NCBI RefSeq assembly: GCF_001194135.2
Contig: NC_068985.1
Span: 126,680,281-126,721,109, forward strand
Origin: Octopus bimaculoides
Taxonomy: Eukaryota
DNA: 40,829 nucleotides
Direction of reading: 5' to 3'
Shown here: positions 12,181-24,964 of the stretch, piece after piece
Layout: the number at the start of each line of letters is the position of its first letter
How positions within the stretch are numbered: the stretch's first letter is position 1
Program-made: the position numbers and the translations under genes
The notes under the pieces: model-generated
The model's database searches: none
Told to the model about the DNA's origin: nothing
The model's input: the letters and a program-made list of their open reading frames with translations, nothing else

Positions 12181-13559
12181 GGTGGGGCATCAAGATCTCC
12201 CACATTTGGAGGAGGCACTGTGTGAAGTTAAGTAGAAAGTAGAGAGGCGGAACAGGTTTCATTAGGAAGGCTAAGATCAACCATTTTCATATTCATCATT
12301 AATTACTCAAAAACTTTTTTTGTTTTTAGGTTCTAGCATTTTCGTATTTGACATTCATTACTCAAAAAAATTTCTCTCATTTTTAGAACCCATCATGAAC
12401 TGTTGTTCAACCCTATTATGGAAATGACTCATCTGTAATAGCGATGCAATGAGCGTTCAGTAACCACTTTGCACTCAGTCGAAATGCATCTGCATCAGAC
12501 CAAAAATCAATTTGGCTTTGGATCTCTAACCTTCATGCAACTGGATCCACATTGAAAAGAAAATTTCCTGACAGAACTGGGTCCGTTAGAACTCCAGGAA
12601 ATGTGGCATCAGTGACAGCATCTGTTCAGCAATCGCCAAAGCATTCTGCTCATGAGCATAACATAGCATAGCATTAGGAATATCTAGCCAAAGTTCGAGG
12701 AGGATTCTGCATGCTTACCTGAAACTTCATCCTTACAAAATGATGTTAGTTCAAGAATTAACCAAGACAGATCATAACAATTGTAAAGCCTTATGTGCGG
12801 ATATTCTTGCACAAGTTCCTGCTGCAGCTGTTCTTCTGAGTACCAATGAGGCTCACTTCCATATCAATGGAAACCTAAACAATCAGAATTTTCACTACTC
12901 TGCTGAACATAATCCTCATGAACCCCACGAAAGACCACATCATTCTCCTTGTGTAACTATTTGGGGTGCAGTTGCCAATTTTGGAGTCATCAGCCCATAC
13001 TTTTTTGAAGGGGATGAAACAGTAATGGTTACCTCTGGCCAGTACACTGAAATGTTGGAGAACATTTTGCGCCCTAAACTGAACAGGTTAGATACCGAAC
13101 ATCTATGGCTTCAACAGGACAGAGCCAAGGCTCACACAGCATGATGTTCGCTTGGAGTGTTGAGGGAAATGTTTCCTGGACATTTGATTTCCTTGAGGGA
13201 AGACGTGGAGTGGCCAGCAAAGTCACCAAATTTAAGCACTTGTGACTTTTACCTTTGGGGATATCTAAAGGAAAAAATTTTCTAACATCGTCCTCAAACT
13301 CTTAAGGATTTGAAAGAAAGGATTCATGAGGATATCAATGCAATACCACCTGAGATGACACAGAGAGTCATGGAGAACTTCCAGGAACAATTACATCAAT
13401 GTATTGCCAACAATGGCCACCATTTGCCTAATATAGTTTTTAAAACCCAGTAAAATAAACTGTTTTTAAGCATTTTTCGGAAACATAAATTTTTCCCTGG
13501 ATGTTTGTGTTTTCTTTTTCTATTCATTCACAATGTAGGAGATCTCTATGTCCACGCTG
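12178..13559 (+). mobile_element. Full-length (1382 bp) but inactivated DD41D transposon with TIRs and TA target duplication
   Basis: Left TA|CAGGGTGGGGCATCAAGATCTCCCACATT; right end reverse-complements to CAGCGTGGACATAGAGATCTCCTACATT, followed by TA. QQD-x41-CDFYLWGYLK. In-frame stops at 13142 and 13283. Confidence 0.92.
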
Positions 13560-13765
13560 TATGTGTGTGTGTGTGTTTGTCCTCCTATCACTGTTTGACA
13601 ACTAGTGTTGGTGTGTTTACAGAACCGTAACTTAGTGGTTTGGCAAAAGAGACCAATAGAACAAGTACTAGGCTTAAGAAATAAGTCCCAGGATCAATTT
13701 GTTCAACTAAACCCCTTCAAGGTAGTGCTCCAGCATGGTCGCAGTAAAATGACAAACAAGTAAAA

Positions 13766-13768
<3 letters not shown>
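13560..13768 (+). mobile_element. 3' half of the split SINE
   Basis: Continues the 11976-12128 copy when compared with the intact copy at 26123-26477. Confidence 0.8.
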
Positions 13769-13806
<38 letters not shown>

Positions 13807-13851
13807 CTCAAACATATACGTATGTATGTATGCACGCACGCGCGCACACAT

Positions 13852-13888
<37 letters not shown>

Positions 13889-14154
13889 GATGGATGGCCC
13901 CACCTGTCATAAATTATTGCTGAACAATCTGCAAAAACTATTTGTTTGTAGTGGTCAAATATTTGTGCTATCCATTAGCCCATTCCCTCCATATGGCAGA
14001 CGTCAAAGTGATTGCAGAGCAACATGAAATAAAGAGGTTGATCAAGAACACAATGCACCATCCAAAACCATGATCATGCAATCATGAGTACAACACTCTA
14101 TCCAACAGAACATAAAATGTGTGTGTGTGTGTCTGTGTGTGCATGCAAGGGAGA

Positions 14155-15415
14155 CATACCTATACATTTGGTGTCCCTGACTGTGTTTCCTCATAACTTC
14201 CAGAAAAATGGATATATTTCTATGAAAATTACAAAATATGCTTTGGATAGTGTAGATTCAGATTATGTAGGAATTTATGGTGAAATTTTTTTTCTGATGG
14301 TGAGGTGAGGTGAGCTTTGCTTCCTCATAACTTTAAAAAAAAGGGTAATTTTTTATGAAATTTTCTACAAATAACTTCTAGAATGTGGCGATTCCAATTA
14401 TATCGGAATTTAATATTAAAAAAAAACTTGGTGGGTTCATACACATACATACTGACACACATCGTATGTCTACAAAATGAAACTAGAAATTTCAAAAAAA
14501 AATTGCGATATGTATCAGAGTATGTGTACAAATCCAATAATCATAATCTACACACTCTCTGAACCATCACTAAGCCCCTGCAACCCCTGTGGTCGCAGGG
14601 GGCCTCTGCAGTTGAGGCCCCCCCCCCCCCGTGTTAAGATAAAAACGTAGATGAGTCATCTATTTACTTTGGTTAAGATGTTGAACAAAAATTAGACTAT
14701 GTTAACTGAAAATTTCAAGAAATAAAATGGTAATACATTGTACCTGCAAAAGTTCTTGCAAAAATATTACATTGTACCATTAACATGTACCAGACTTTGT
14801 GGATTGTCTGTGATATCTATTGAACACGAACTTAGCACTCAGCTTGATTATTCTGAAATGATTGATGATTTTGCAAAGTGAAAAGTGCGCTGTGTTTGTC
14901 TCTGAAAGTTGCCTGGATTAAAAAAGTGCTCTTTTGTTCATATCTGGGAGTTTTACTTGTTGAAATTTGTAATAGACGTAAATAAATTTAGCATGTTGTA
15001 CTTATAAAGATGTTCTTTAGGATAACGTGATAGAATAAAGTAAAATATAGTTATAAATAAGAGGTGTGTAGGTGATGAATTTTGGTTAAAGGGTTGGGAC
15101 CTCGAAACAAAAAGTTGCAGGGAGCCTCTAAAAGACACGCAACAGAGCTACGCACTCTGAAATTTGTAGAGAATTTCGTTAATATATACATTTTTTGTTG
15201 GGTTTAAGCAATAAAGAATCTAAATCAACTCATGAGAATTTTTCTGTAAACTCCTCACCCACCTCTAATTATATTGGAATTTCTCACCACAAATTCCAAT
15301 ATAATCGTAATCAATACCACCTGAAGCATATTTGTAGCAAATTTCAATTAAAAAATATACATCTTTCTAGAAGTTATGAGGAAAGAAAATTAGAGGCACA
15401 ATTGAGTCGGCATAC
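14155..15415. mobile_element. Foldback-type element, copy 1 (long inverted arms built from ~130-bp subrepeats)
   Basis: CCTCATAACTT..AGAAAA...ATCGGAATTT subrepeats on the left; inverted AAATTCC.ATATAAT...TTCT.GAAGTTATGAGG on the right. Confidence 0.7.
14560..15152 (+). mobile_element. Internally deleted hAT element nested in foldback copy 1
   Basis: TRLCGLSVISIEHELSTQLDYSEMIDDFAK*KVR (~14790-14890) matches the hAT C-terminal dimerisation motif. CACTCT is duplicated at 14553-14558 and 15153-15158. Confidence 0.7.
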
Positions 15416-15587
15416 CATATATATATGTACGTACATATGCACATTATTATTTACTATTTTATTTATCTATTATACATATACACACATACAAAAATGAACA
15501 TTTCCTACAAGTGTGCCTCCCCACCACCGATTTTGCTTCCTCATAACTCAGAAAAATGAATTTTTTTTTTTTTTTTTTTTAATTTTT

Positions 15588-16194
15588 GGACCTTGTTCAA
15601 AACGGGTGCACCAGTATTTTCTTAACGAAACACTTTGAAACTTGGGACACTGGTAGAATGTGTCATATAAAACATCTTTTTCTCTTAGTCTTCTTAACAA
15701 AAAAACGTACATCGCAAGTTATTTCATGTTAAAGTTGTCGTATTTCTGTAATTTCAACCAATCACTGACGTCTATTCAGCTGAATAGAGTTACTGCTGAC
15801 CGGTCATAAAAATGTTATTCCCTGTGNNNNNNNNNNNNNNNNNNNNNNNNNNNNNNNNNNNNNNNNNNNNNNNNNNNNNNNNNNNNNNNNNNNNNNNNNN
15901 NNNNNNNNNNNNNNNNNNNNNNNNNNNNNNNNNNNNNNNNNNNNNNNNNNNNNNNNNNNNNNNNNNNNNNNNNNNNNNNNNNNNNNNNNNNNNNNNNNNN
16001 NNAATAGACGTCAGTGATTAGTAGAAATTATCGAAATAAGACAATTTTTTACATGAAATAAATTCGAATACAAAAATTTATTTCTGTTCTATAACACAAA
16101 ATAGATAAGTATAGGAAGTTTGAAAGTCTTTCGGTACCAAAATCACTACATAAAACATAAATGAAAACTGGTGCCCCCGTTTTGAACAAGATCC
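15588..16194. mobile_element. MITE with 28-bp TIRs nested in foldback copy 2 (spans an N gap)
   Basis: GGACCTTGTTCAAAACGGGTGCACCAGT versus the reverse complement GGATCTTGTTCAAAACGGGGGCACCAGT. Inner inverted pair ATCACTGACGTCTATT / AATAGACGTCAGTGAT. Confidence 0.85.
15827..16002. other. Assembly gap (others: 1469-1478, 26535-26693, 30140-30274, 39360-39369)
   Basis: Runs of N. Confidence 0.99.
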
Positions 16195-16699
16195 GGATTT
16201 TTCTATAAATATACTTCAGATGGTGTAAATTCTGATTATATCGGAATTTATTAGGAAAATAGTTTTTTTTTTTTTTCTATGGGTGGGAAGAGGAGTTCCG
16301 AAAAATTCACACGAACTGGTTTTCTTTCTTCATAACTTTCAGAAAAATAGGTATTTTTTAATGAAATTTTCTACAAATACTTTTCAAAGTGTGTAAATTA
16401 CGATTATATCGGAATTTGGTGTGGAAAAAAATAATCAGCACACACACATACATACTAACAAATACCACAATTTTTTTTTTAATTTTAAATTACATTTCGT
16501 ATATATATGTGTGTGTGTGTGTGTGTGTGACGTGTGTCAGTATGTATGCGTATAAGCCCAACAACCTTTTTTTTTATTTTTTTTATTTTTCCATATGAAA
16601 TTCCGATATAATTGTAATCTACACACTGAAAAGTGTTTATAGAAAATTTCATTAAAAAATTACCCATCTTTCTGAAAGTTATGAGTCAAGAAAGCCGTC

Positions 16700-18110
<1,411 letters not shown>

Positions 18111-19097
18111 GAGTTATATGGCACTATGTACTTGTTCTTGAGAAGTTCTAATTGTTTAATCCTTACCTGTATTCACCTGATGAAAACAGTTATTTTGCAT
18201 GATGCAACACTTCTGTTCACAGTAATAAAAAAAAAACTTCTGAAACAGCTGTAGTGAACTACTATCCATCTGTTGTGTGTTTGTATGTGTGTGTCCACCA
18301 CCACCTGACAACCAGTATTGGTTTGCTTACATCTCTCTAACTTAGTGATTCAGTAAAAAAGACCATTAGAATAAGTATCAGGCTTAAAAGGAAAAAAATG
18401 AAATAGGTACTGAGATTGATTTGTTTGACTAAAATCCTTCAAGACATTGCCTTCATGGTAGCAGTTCAATGAATGCAACAGGTTACATATACATATATAG
18501 GGAGATGGCTAGCAGGGAGGGATCCAGTGGGGTGGGCTGAGGGGCACGTGTCCTCCTCAAGAAAAGAAGTGTGCCCTTCCAAATAGTGTTATTACGCCCT
18601 TTTCTCCTGGAATTGTATTCCCTTCTGACCTTGTGCTCTCCCTTCGAAAAATTCCAGGGACTCCACCTGGCTAGATAGATATAAACAAAAATAAATGCTG
18701 GAAAAAGTGCATCCATTAAAAGAAAAGGATTTAGTTCTAGAGTGTTTTAAAAATTTACATTAGTAATTTACTAAATCTAAATGTGTATACATATTAGTAA
18801 GTTATTAAATCTAAATGTGTATACCCATTAAAGCAGAATGATTCTCCCCACACAATAAAATACGAATACAATCACACACACATACACATGATGTTCATTC
18901 ATCAAGTACAAAGAACTTGAAATAACCATCACATTCTCTCTTATTAGCTGATAAGCTATCAGCTAAATTACTTGGGCACTTGCTTAAGGACATCCCAAGC
19001 CCATCACTGTTTCTGGTGGGGGTAGGGGGAAGGGGTCTCAAAGAGCCCTCTCTATCCTATTTCGTTGGTGACAAGAGGTGGGATTTGAACTCAACGT

Positions 19098-19430
19098 CAC
19101 CATCATCATCATTTAACATCCATTTACCATGCTGGCATGGATTGGACTCGTTTGACTGAAAAGTGGTAAGCCTGGGAGCTACACCAGGTTCCAATCTGAT
19201 TTGGCAAGGTCTCTACGGCTGGATGCCCTTCCTAATGCTAACCACTCTGAGAGTGTAGTGGGTGTTTTTTTACATGCTACCAGCACAGGTGCCATTGACC
19301 TGACACCGACATCGGCCACAACTCCAGTCTCACTTGGTTTGACAGGTCTACACAAGCACAGTATATCGCCAAACATCTCAGACACCTGTCACTGCCTCCA
19401 TAAGGCCCAATGCGTTAACGGTGTATAAAG
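19098..19430 (-). mobile_element. RTE 3'-UTR fragment
   Basis: (ATC)n tail, GGATGCCCTTCCTAATGCTAACCACTCTGAGAG and one decayed GTGC..GCAC..CACC module. Confidence 0.8.
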
Positions 19431-20173
19431 TCAAAACAGATGTTGAAGGCATGTTGTCCAATGCTCTGACATTCCAACACTGCATCACTAAAATCTGTCA
19501 CTTTATCATCCCAGAAGGAATGAAAGGCAAATTTGGAGTAGGTAAGATCTGAATTCAGCATGCAGAGAACCAGAACAAGTTCCACAAGGTGTTCTAGTTG
19601 ATGCTCTAACAACACCACACATTTATGTGGTTGCTGCCCAACCACACAGTTTCAGGTTCAGTCCCACTGCATGAGACTGAACATGAAATCAGGTAGTGTG
19701 TATGTGTGCATACACACACACACACTTATACACATGCACACACACACACACATCAAAAGCTAGCCAATGAGTTCAGAGTTATAAAAGTGTTGGCTACAAT
19801 ATTTTCAGGTATTTAATCCTTTTCACTGCACTCTTAAGATCAACTTTGTCTTTCATCCTTTCAAGATCAATAAATAGCATACCAGTCTACAGCAATGAAC
19901 TATCAGAACTAGCAAAGCAGTGGACAGGATGCAATATCACATTTTGTGCACGAGTACCATATAATTCACATTATATTCAATGAGAAATTCTTTTTGCTAC
20001 CATCAGAAGTAATAGATTTCTGAACTTTTTTCACCCCAGTCTTACTCTGGCTACTAATTTGTCAGAATATCTATTAAGTCGTCAGGATTAACGACACTTT
20101 CTGGTCAGTACTCGACTTCCCTCCAGGACAGAGGTCACTTGAGTACCACATGTACACACAGAGTGACAAAGAA

Positions 20174-20211
<38 letters not shown>

Positions 20212-20469
20212 TACTTTTAATTGGATTAGCAGAATCATTAGAGTATCAAATATAAAGCTGTGCAGTATTTAGTTACAGCCCTTTCTGAGTTCAAATCATG
20301 CTGAGGTCAGCTTTTCATTCTTTCAGGGGTCAATAAAATAAAGCACTGATCAAGTTCTTAGATCAGTTTAATTGGCTATACTCCTGCCAAATATTTGAGA
20401 CTTTGTGCCTCAAAAATTTGGACTGTGTGTAGCCAATTCAATATAATTTTGATATTTTAATATAACTTA

Positions 20470-20680
20470 GATGGCAAGCTGCCAGAACTGTTAGCATGCC
20501 AGGTAAAATGCTTAGTGTTATTTTGTCTACCTTTACATTCTGAGTTCAAATTTCACTGAGGTCGACTTTGCTTTCGTCCTTTTCAGGTTGATAATATAAG
20601 TACAATTCGAGCACTGGGGTTGATGTAAGCAGCTTATCCTCTCCTACAAACTTGCTGACTGTGCCAAAATTTGAGACCAA
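20470..20680 (+). mobile_element. tRNA-derived SINE (same family as the 4030-4780 stack); older copy at ~20225-20420
   Basis: GGCAAGCTGCCAGAACTGTTAGCA head, B-box-like GAGTTCAAAT, GAGGTCGACTTTGC body. Confidence 0.8.
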
Positions 20681-22275
20681 TATTTAATATAACCAATCGT
20701 TATATTAAAACTAAAACTCAGTAAGCTTACATGAATAGACAGTAATACTTTAAAAAGAAGACTTCAGGCTATCTATAAATATTAATATTCTCTTATAAAA
20801 ATACCAGCAAGTCAAAACAAACAAACCATATCAAATGATAAAAGGAGAAGGCCTAAGTCCAAAAGTCAGATAATATAATTTGAACTGAACTGTTCATTCA
20901 AGTGAATGAGAGGAAGGGATACAAAAGTTTAAAACTGCTGTACTCACACCAGTAGTGCGCACACACACATACACACCCCGGCATGCACACAAACACACAC
21001 ACACAAGTAGACATGAATAAAGTGATGCAGGCATAGATTCACACAGTCATACAATGACTAAGGAGTGACACAATGACAAGCACACACATATATTCAAATA
21101 AAAATGCCACGGTTAGCATTGTAACAAGACAATGGCAGTATTGAGACATCTCAGACAGACAGGCAGGCTTGCTTTTAGCACAGTTATGAAAATAAAATAC
21201 ATTACACATTTCAGGACAATAAAGACAAACATAAGGATTTTCCAATTTGTTTTTGTTACATTTCTTAGTAATGAGATAAAATCTAATTTTCCTTGGGTCT
21301 TTTCACTAAATGTTGGGGTTTGTAGGGAGAGAAAACAATTTTTTTTTTCTTTTTCAGGTAGCTTTTAATTCTATGGAGTGATGAAAGAAGGTTGCTCCTG
21401 GTGGGACATCAACTCAAAATACCAAGGACTATAGCAAAACACTGTAAGACATTTCAACTACAGAAAAATATAATAGTCTTTTTTATTTCTTTTTCTTTTC
21501 TTTTTTTTTGTATTAATTTACTCATTTATTCTTTTAACTCGTTTTAGACATTGGACTGGGGCACTGCCTTGAAGTCTGGTACTTATTCTGTTGGTTTCGT
21601 TTTTCCAAACTGATAACTTATAAGGATATAAACATCCCAAGAATGGTTATGGACAAATGAGAGACAAACACAAAGACATGCATAACACACACACACACAC
21701 ACACACACATAACATAGCTTCCACTCAATTAAATAAGTATGACTTGATAATATGCACCACACTTTCACTAATCATTTTAGGAGTTTGTTTAGTTGTGAGC
21801 AGGCAGTCACCTCCTTCCGTGTCACCTTCTCAGCCTTCCCATGCTGAACCCAGGAGAACATCTTGGATGTGGCAGCTAAAAGGAATGAGAGCTGATACCA
21901 AACTTCAGTCAAGTAAAGTGGAGCAGCATGAAATGAAGTGCTTTGCTCAAGGACATCTCAGGATTCTGTATAGATTTCTGTCTTCCAAACCAAAATCCCA
22001 CGTAGAGCATTGATTAGCTCAGAACTATAATAGAAAGCACCTGTCCAAAATACTGCACAATGGGACTGAAATTGAAACCCACATGATTGCAGAGCAAACT
22101 TCTTGGCCACACAGCCATGTCTGCACCTGTGTTATTTTGATTATATATTTTTGAAACAAACTATGAACTGTTTTTAAAGGAGCTATACAAAAGGAATCCA
22201 TATGGTCATTTACAATCTGGCAAGTACAGAAAAGGCCATGCTTTGCTGAGGAAGTCTAACAAGACAGAAACATAC

Positions 22276-22319
22276 CTGGAGTTGTTACTCGTACCGGGCA
22301 ACATCAGGTTGAAATAGTA
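22276..22319 (-). CDS. Candidate 44-nt exon YYFNLMLPGTSNNS(R) (phase 0 to 2), in frame with the 5157-5254 exon
   Basis: Acceptor gtttggtgtctAG, strong donor CAG|GTATGT. Only one frame is open; contains an ATG at 22304; CpG-retaining. Confidence 0.45.
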
Positions 22320-22721
22320 CTAGACACCAAACTAACATTTTCATCTCCTCACCACAAAAGTATTATTAACTACTTTTTTCCTTGCTACATTTAATATGAC
22401 ACTAATTAATCTTACTTTTTTGTACAGAGAAGTAATTTCTTTCAATCATTACAAAGGAAGTATTTTGCAGACACAGTTTTTGCAAATGAAAAGAAAAAGG
22501 AATATGCATTGAAAAAAATATCCTGACCTAACCATCTGTGAAGGAGATGTCTCGTTTATATTTGAGTCAGTTGAATTATATACTGACTCACATATCTGAT
22601 GTTAAGATTGAAATTAAAGTTAGAAGTCATTGTTATGGGAGTAGTGGTGGTTGTGCGCATGTGTGTATATATGTGTAATTCAGGAATACCAAGGTAGAGA
22701 TAAAAATATAACAGAAACACT

Positions 22722-23077
22722 GTTTACATTATTTACATTTGACGGATATTTGTCCTCATTTCGTTTGTTGTTAGCACATTTCAGCTGATATATACTCTAG
22801 CCTTCATCAGGTGTCTTGGGGAAATTTCAAACCTGGGTTCTCATTCCTAAGATATTTTTCAATGTTATTATTATTATTATTATTATTATTATATCATCAT
22901 CATCATCATCATTATTATAATCATTATTATTATTCAGGTCACTGGTTGGAATCAAACTCGGAATTTTGGGGTTAGTAGCCCACGCTCTTAACCAATACGC
23001 CATATGCCCGTGGCGTAGTGATTAAAAGTATGGGCTACTAAACCCAAGATTCCAAGTTTGATTCCAGGCAGTGACCT
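22722..23077. mobile_element. Inverted pair of tRNA-like heads; the left arm continues through (AAT)n into a Penelope-type tail with a hammerhead core
   Basis: Arms 22936-23002 and 23011-23077 are 57/67 identical in inverted orientation. A-box-like and B-box-like motifs present. CTGATGA...GAAA on the minus strand at 22810-22779. Confidence 0.75.
22770..22820 (-). ncRNA. Degenerate minimal type I hammerhead ribozyme motif (probably inactive)
   Basis: Minus strand GACAC-CTGATGA-AGGCTAGAGTATATATCAGCT-GAAA-TGTGCT. Core, stem II and partial stem I present; stem III and the cleavage triplet are missing. Confidence 0.6.
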
Positions 23078-24240
23078 CATCATCATCATCATCATCATCG
23101 TTTAACGTCCATTTTCCATCCTAGCATGGATTGGATGGTTCGACTGGGTTCTGGGAAGCCAGGAGGCTGCACCTATCTCCAATCTGATCTGGCAGTGTTT
23201 CTACAGTTGGATGCCCTTCCTAACAACAACTACTCCGCGAGTGTAGTGGGTGCTTTTAACGTGCCACCAGCACAAGGGCCAGGAGGTTGGCAACGGCCAC
23301 GATCGGTTGGTGCTTTTTACGTGTCACCTGTCAAGGCGGCGTTGGCATCAGCCACGTTCAGATGGTGCTTTGTACGTGCCACCAGCACAGGGATCACAAC
23401 TACAATTTCCATTTGATTTTCATTTTGATGTTGATGTACTTGATTCAATAGGTCTCCTCAAGCACAGCACGTTGCCCTACGATCCAAGGTACTTTGAATG
23501 GGCTGGGGCTGGTTATGCGAAACTGGTGTAGGACACAACCGTGAACTCACTTTATTTGCCAGATCTTCTCAGTCACAGCATATCTCCAGAGGTCTCGGTC
23601 TTTCGTCATTGCCTCTGTGAGGCCCAACATTCGAAGGTCATGCTTCACCACCTCATCCCATGTCTTCCTGTGTCTACCTCTACCCCGGATTCCTTAAACT
23701 GTTTGGGAGTGGCACTTCTTCACACAGCTCTCCTCATCTATCCGTAGTATATGCCCATACCAGTACAAACGTCTTTCTTGCACGCCACATCCGATGTTTC
23801 TTATGTCCAGCATTTCTCTCAGGGCACTTACACTCTGTCATATGTGCACACTGACATTACACATCCAGCAGATCATGCTAGCTTCATTTCTTTCGAGTTT
23901 ATGCATGTCCTTAGCAGTCACGGTCCATGTTTCACTGCCGTGAAGCATAGCAGTTCACACACATGCATCATACAATCTACCTTTCACTCTGAGCAAGAGG
24001 CCCTTTGTCACCAGTAGGGGTAGAAGCTTTCTAAACTTTGCCCAGACTATTCTTATTCTAGTAGTAACACTCTCTGAGCATCCACCTCCACTACTAACTT
24101 GGTCATCTAGGTAACGGAAGCTATCAACTACTTCTAGTTTGTCTCCCTGGAATGTGATGGAATCTGTTTTCGGAGTATCTGTGGTGTTTATTGCCCCTGT
24201 GCATCTGCCGCACATGAAAGCTATCTTCCTGTTTACCAGG
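23078..24240 (-). mobile_element. 5'-truncated RTE LINE: RT C-terminal region, 3' UTR and (ATG)n tail
   Basis: MCGRC...LEVVDSFRYLDDQVSSGGGCSESVTTRIRIVWAKFRKLLPLLVTKG...KGRLYDACV; GRGRHRKTWDEVVKHDLRMLGLTE; stops present. Confidence 0.93.
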
Positions 24241-24512
24241 GATTAAGTTAGGATTATTAAGCAAATCAAGTTCTTTATTTCAAACCAAACTAAGTAACAT
24301 CCACATCAAATTTGGGCAGAATCAGTGTCGCTACGGGAGCACATGGGTTGGGAGTTTGATCGGCAGAGGTGATCAGGTTACACATGCCAGCCCTTTGAAA
24401 ACACCACCCCCATCATCTAACCCCTCTTTGCCCATGGGTTGGGAACCCTTCCAGCAAGGAAAATAGAATGCCCAAAAGGGCTCCCGATTCTCTGTATCAG
24501 AAGCGGTTATAA

Positions 24513-24545
<33 letters not shown>

Positions 24546-24964
24546 CAACACACACATACACACATGTACATACATACACCAATTGCATACATATTTTTTG
24601 TACGCATGCATGTTTGTATGTGTGTGTGTGTGTGTGTGTTGCCCGTATATCAACAAAACACTTTTTTCCTCAATGGAAAAAAAACAACATAGTCTTAAGC
24701 AAAAATTACTAGTCGCGAGAAGGGGACTTAACTCCTGTTGTAAACAATGGTGGATTTCTCCAACTTGAAAATTGTTAAAAGTTTTGGTTGAAAATTTATT
24801 TTTACTGCTATTCGCTGGTGCCTCTGGGAAAATAAGTTGACGAAAATACAACTAGGATCATGACGAATGTCCTCCTAAAATTGGAGTGGCATGCATGCTA
24901 ATTCGTGGACGTGCATAAATTACATTCACGTACATACACACACACACACAACCTGCCTTTTATA

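Noticed and set aside
23249-23388. CRISPR-like look: 25-nt partly palindromic repeats with 30-35 nt spacers (also the 3164-3493 array)
   Set aside because: Eukaryotic context, no cas genes, spacers are related to each other, and the repeats lie inside RTE 3' UTRs.
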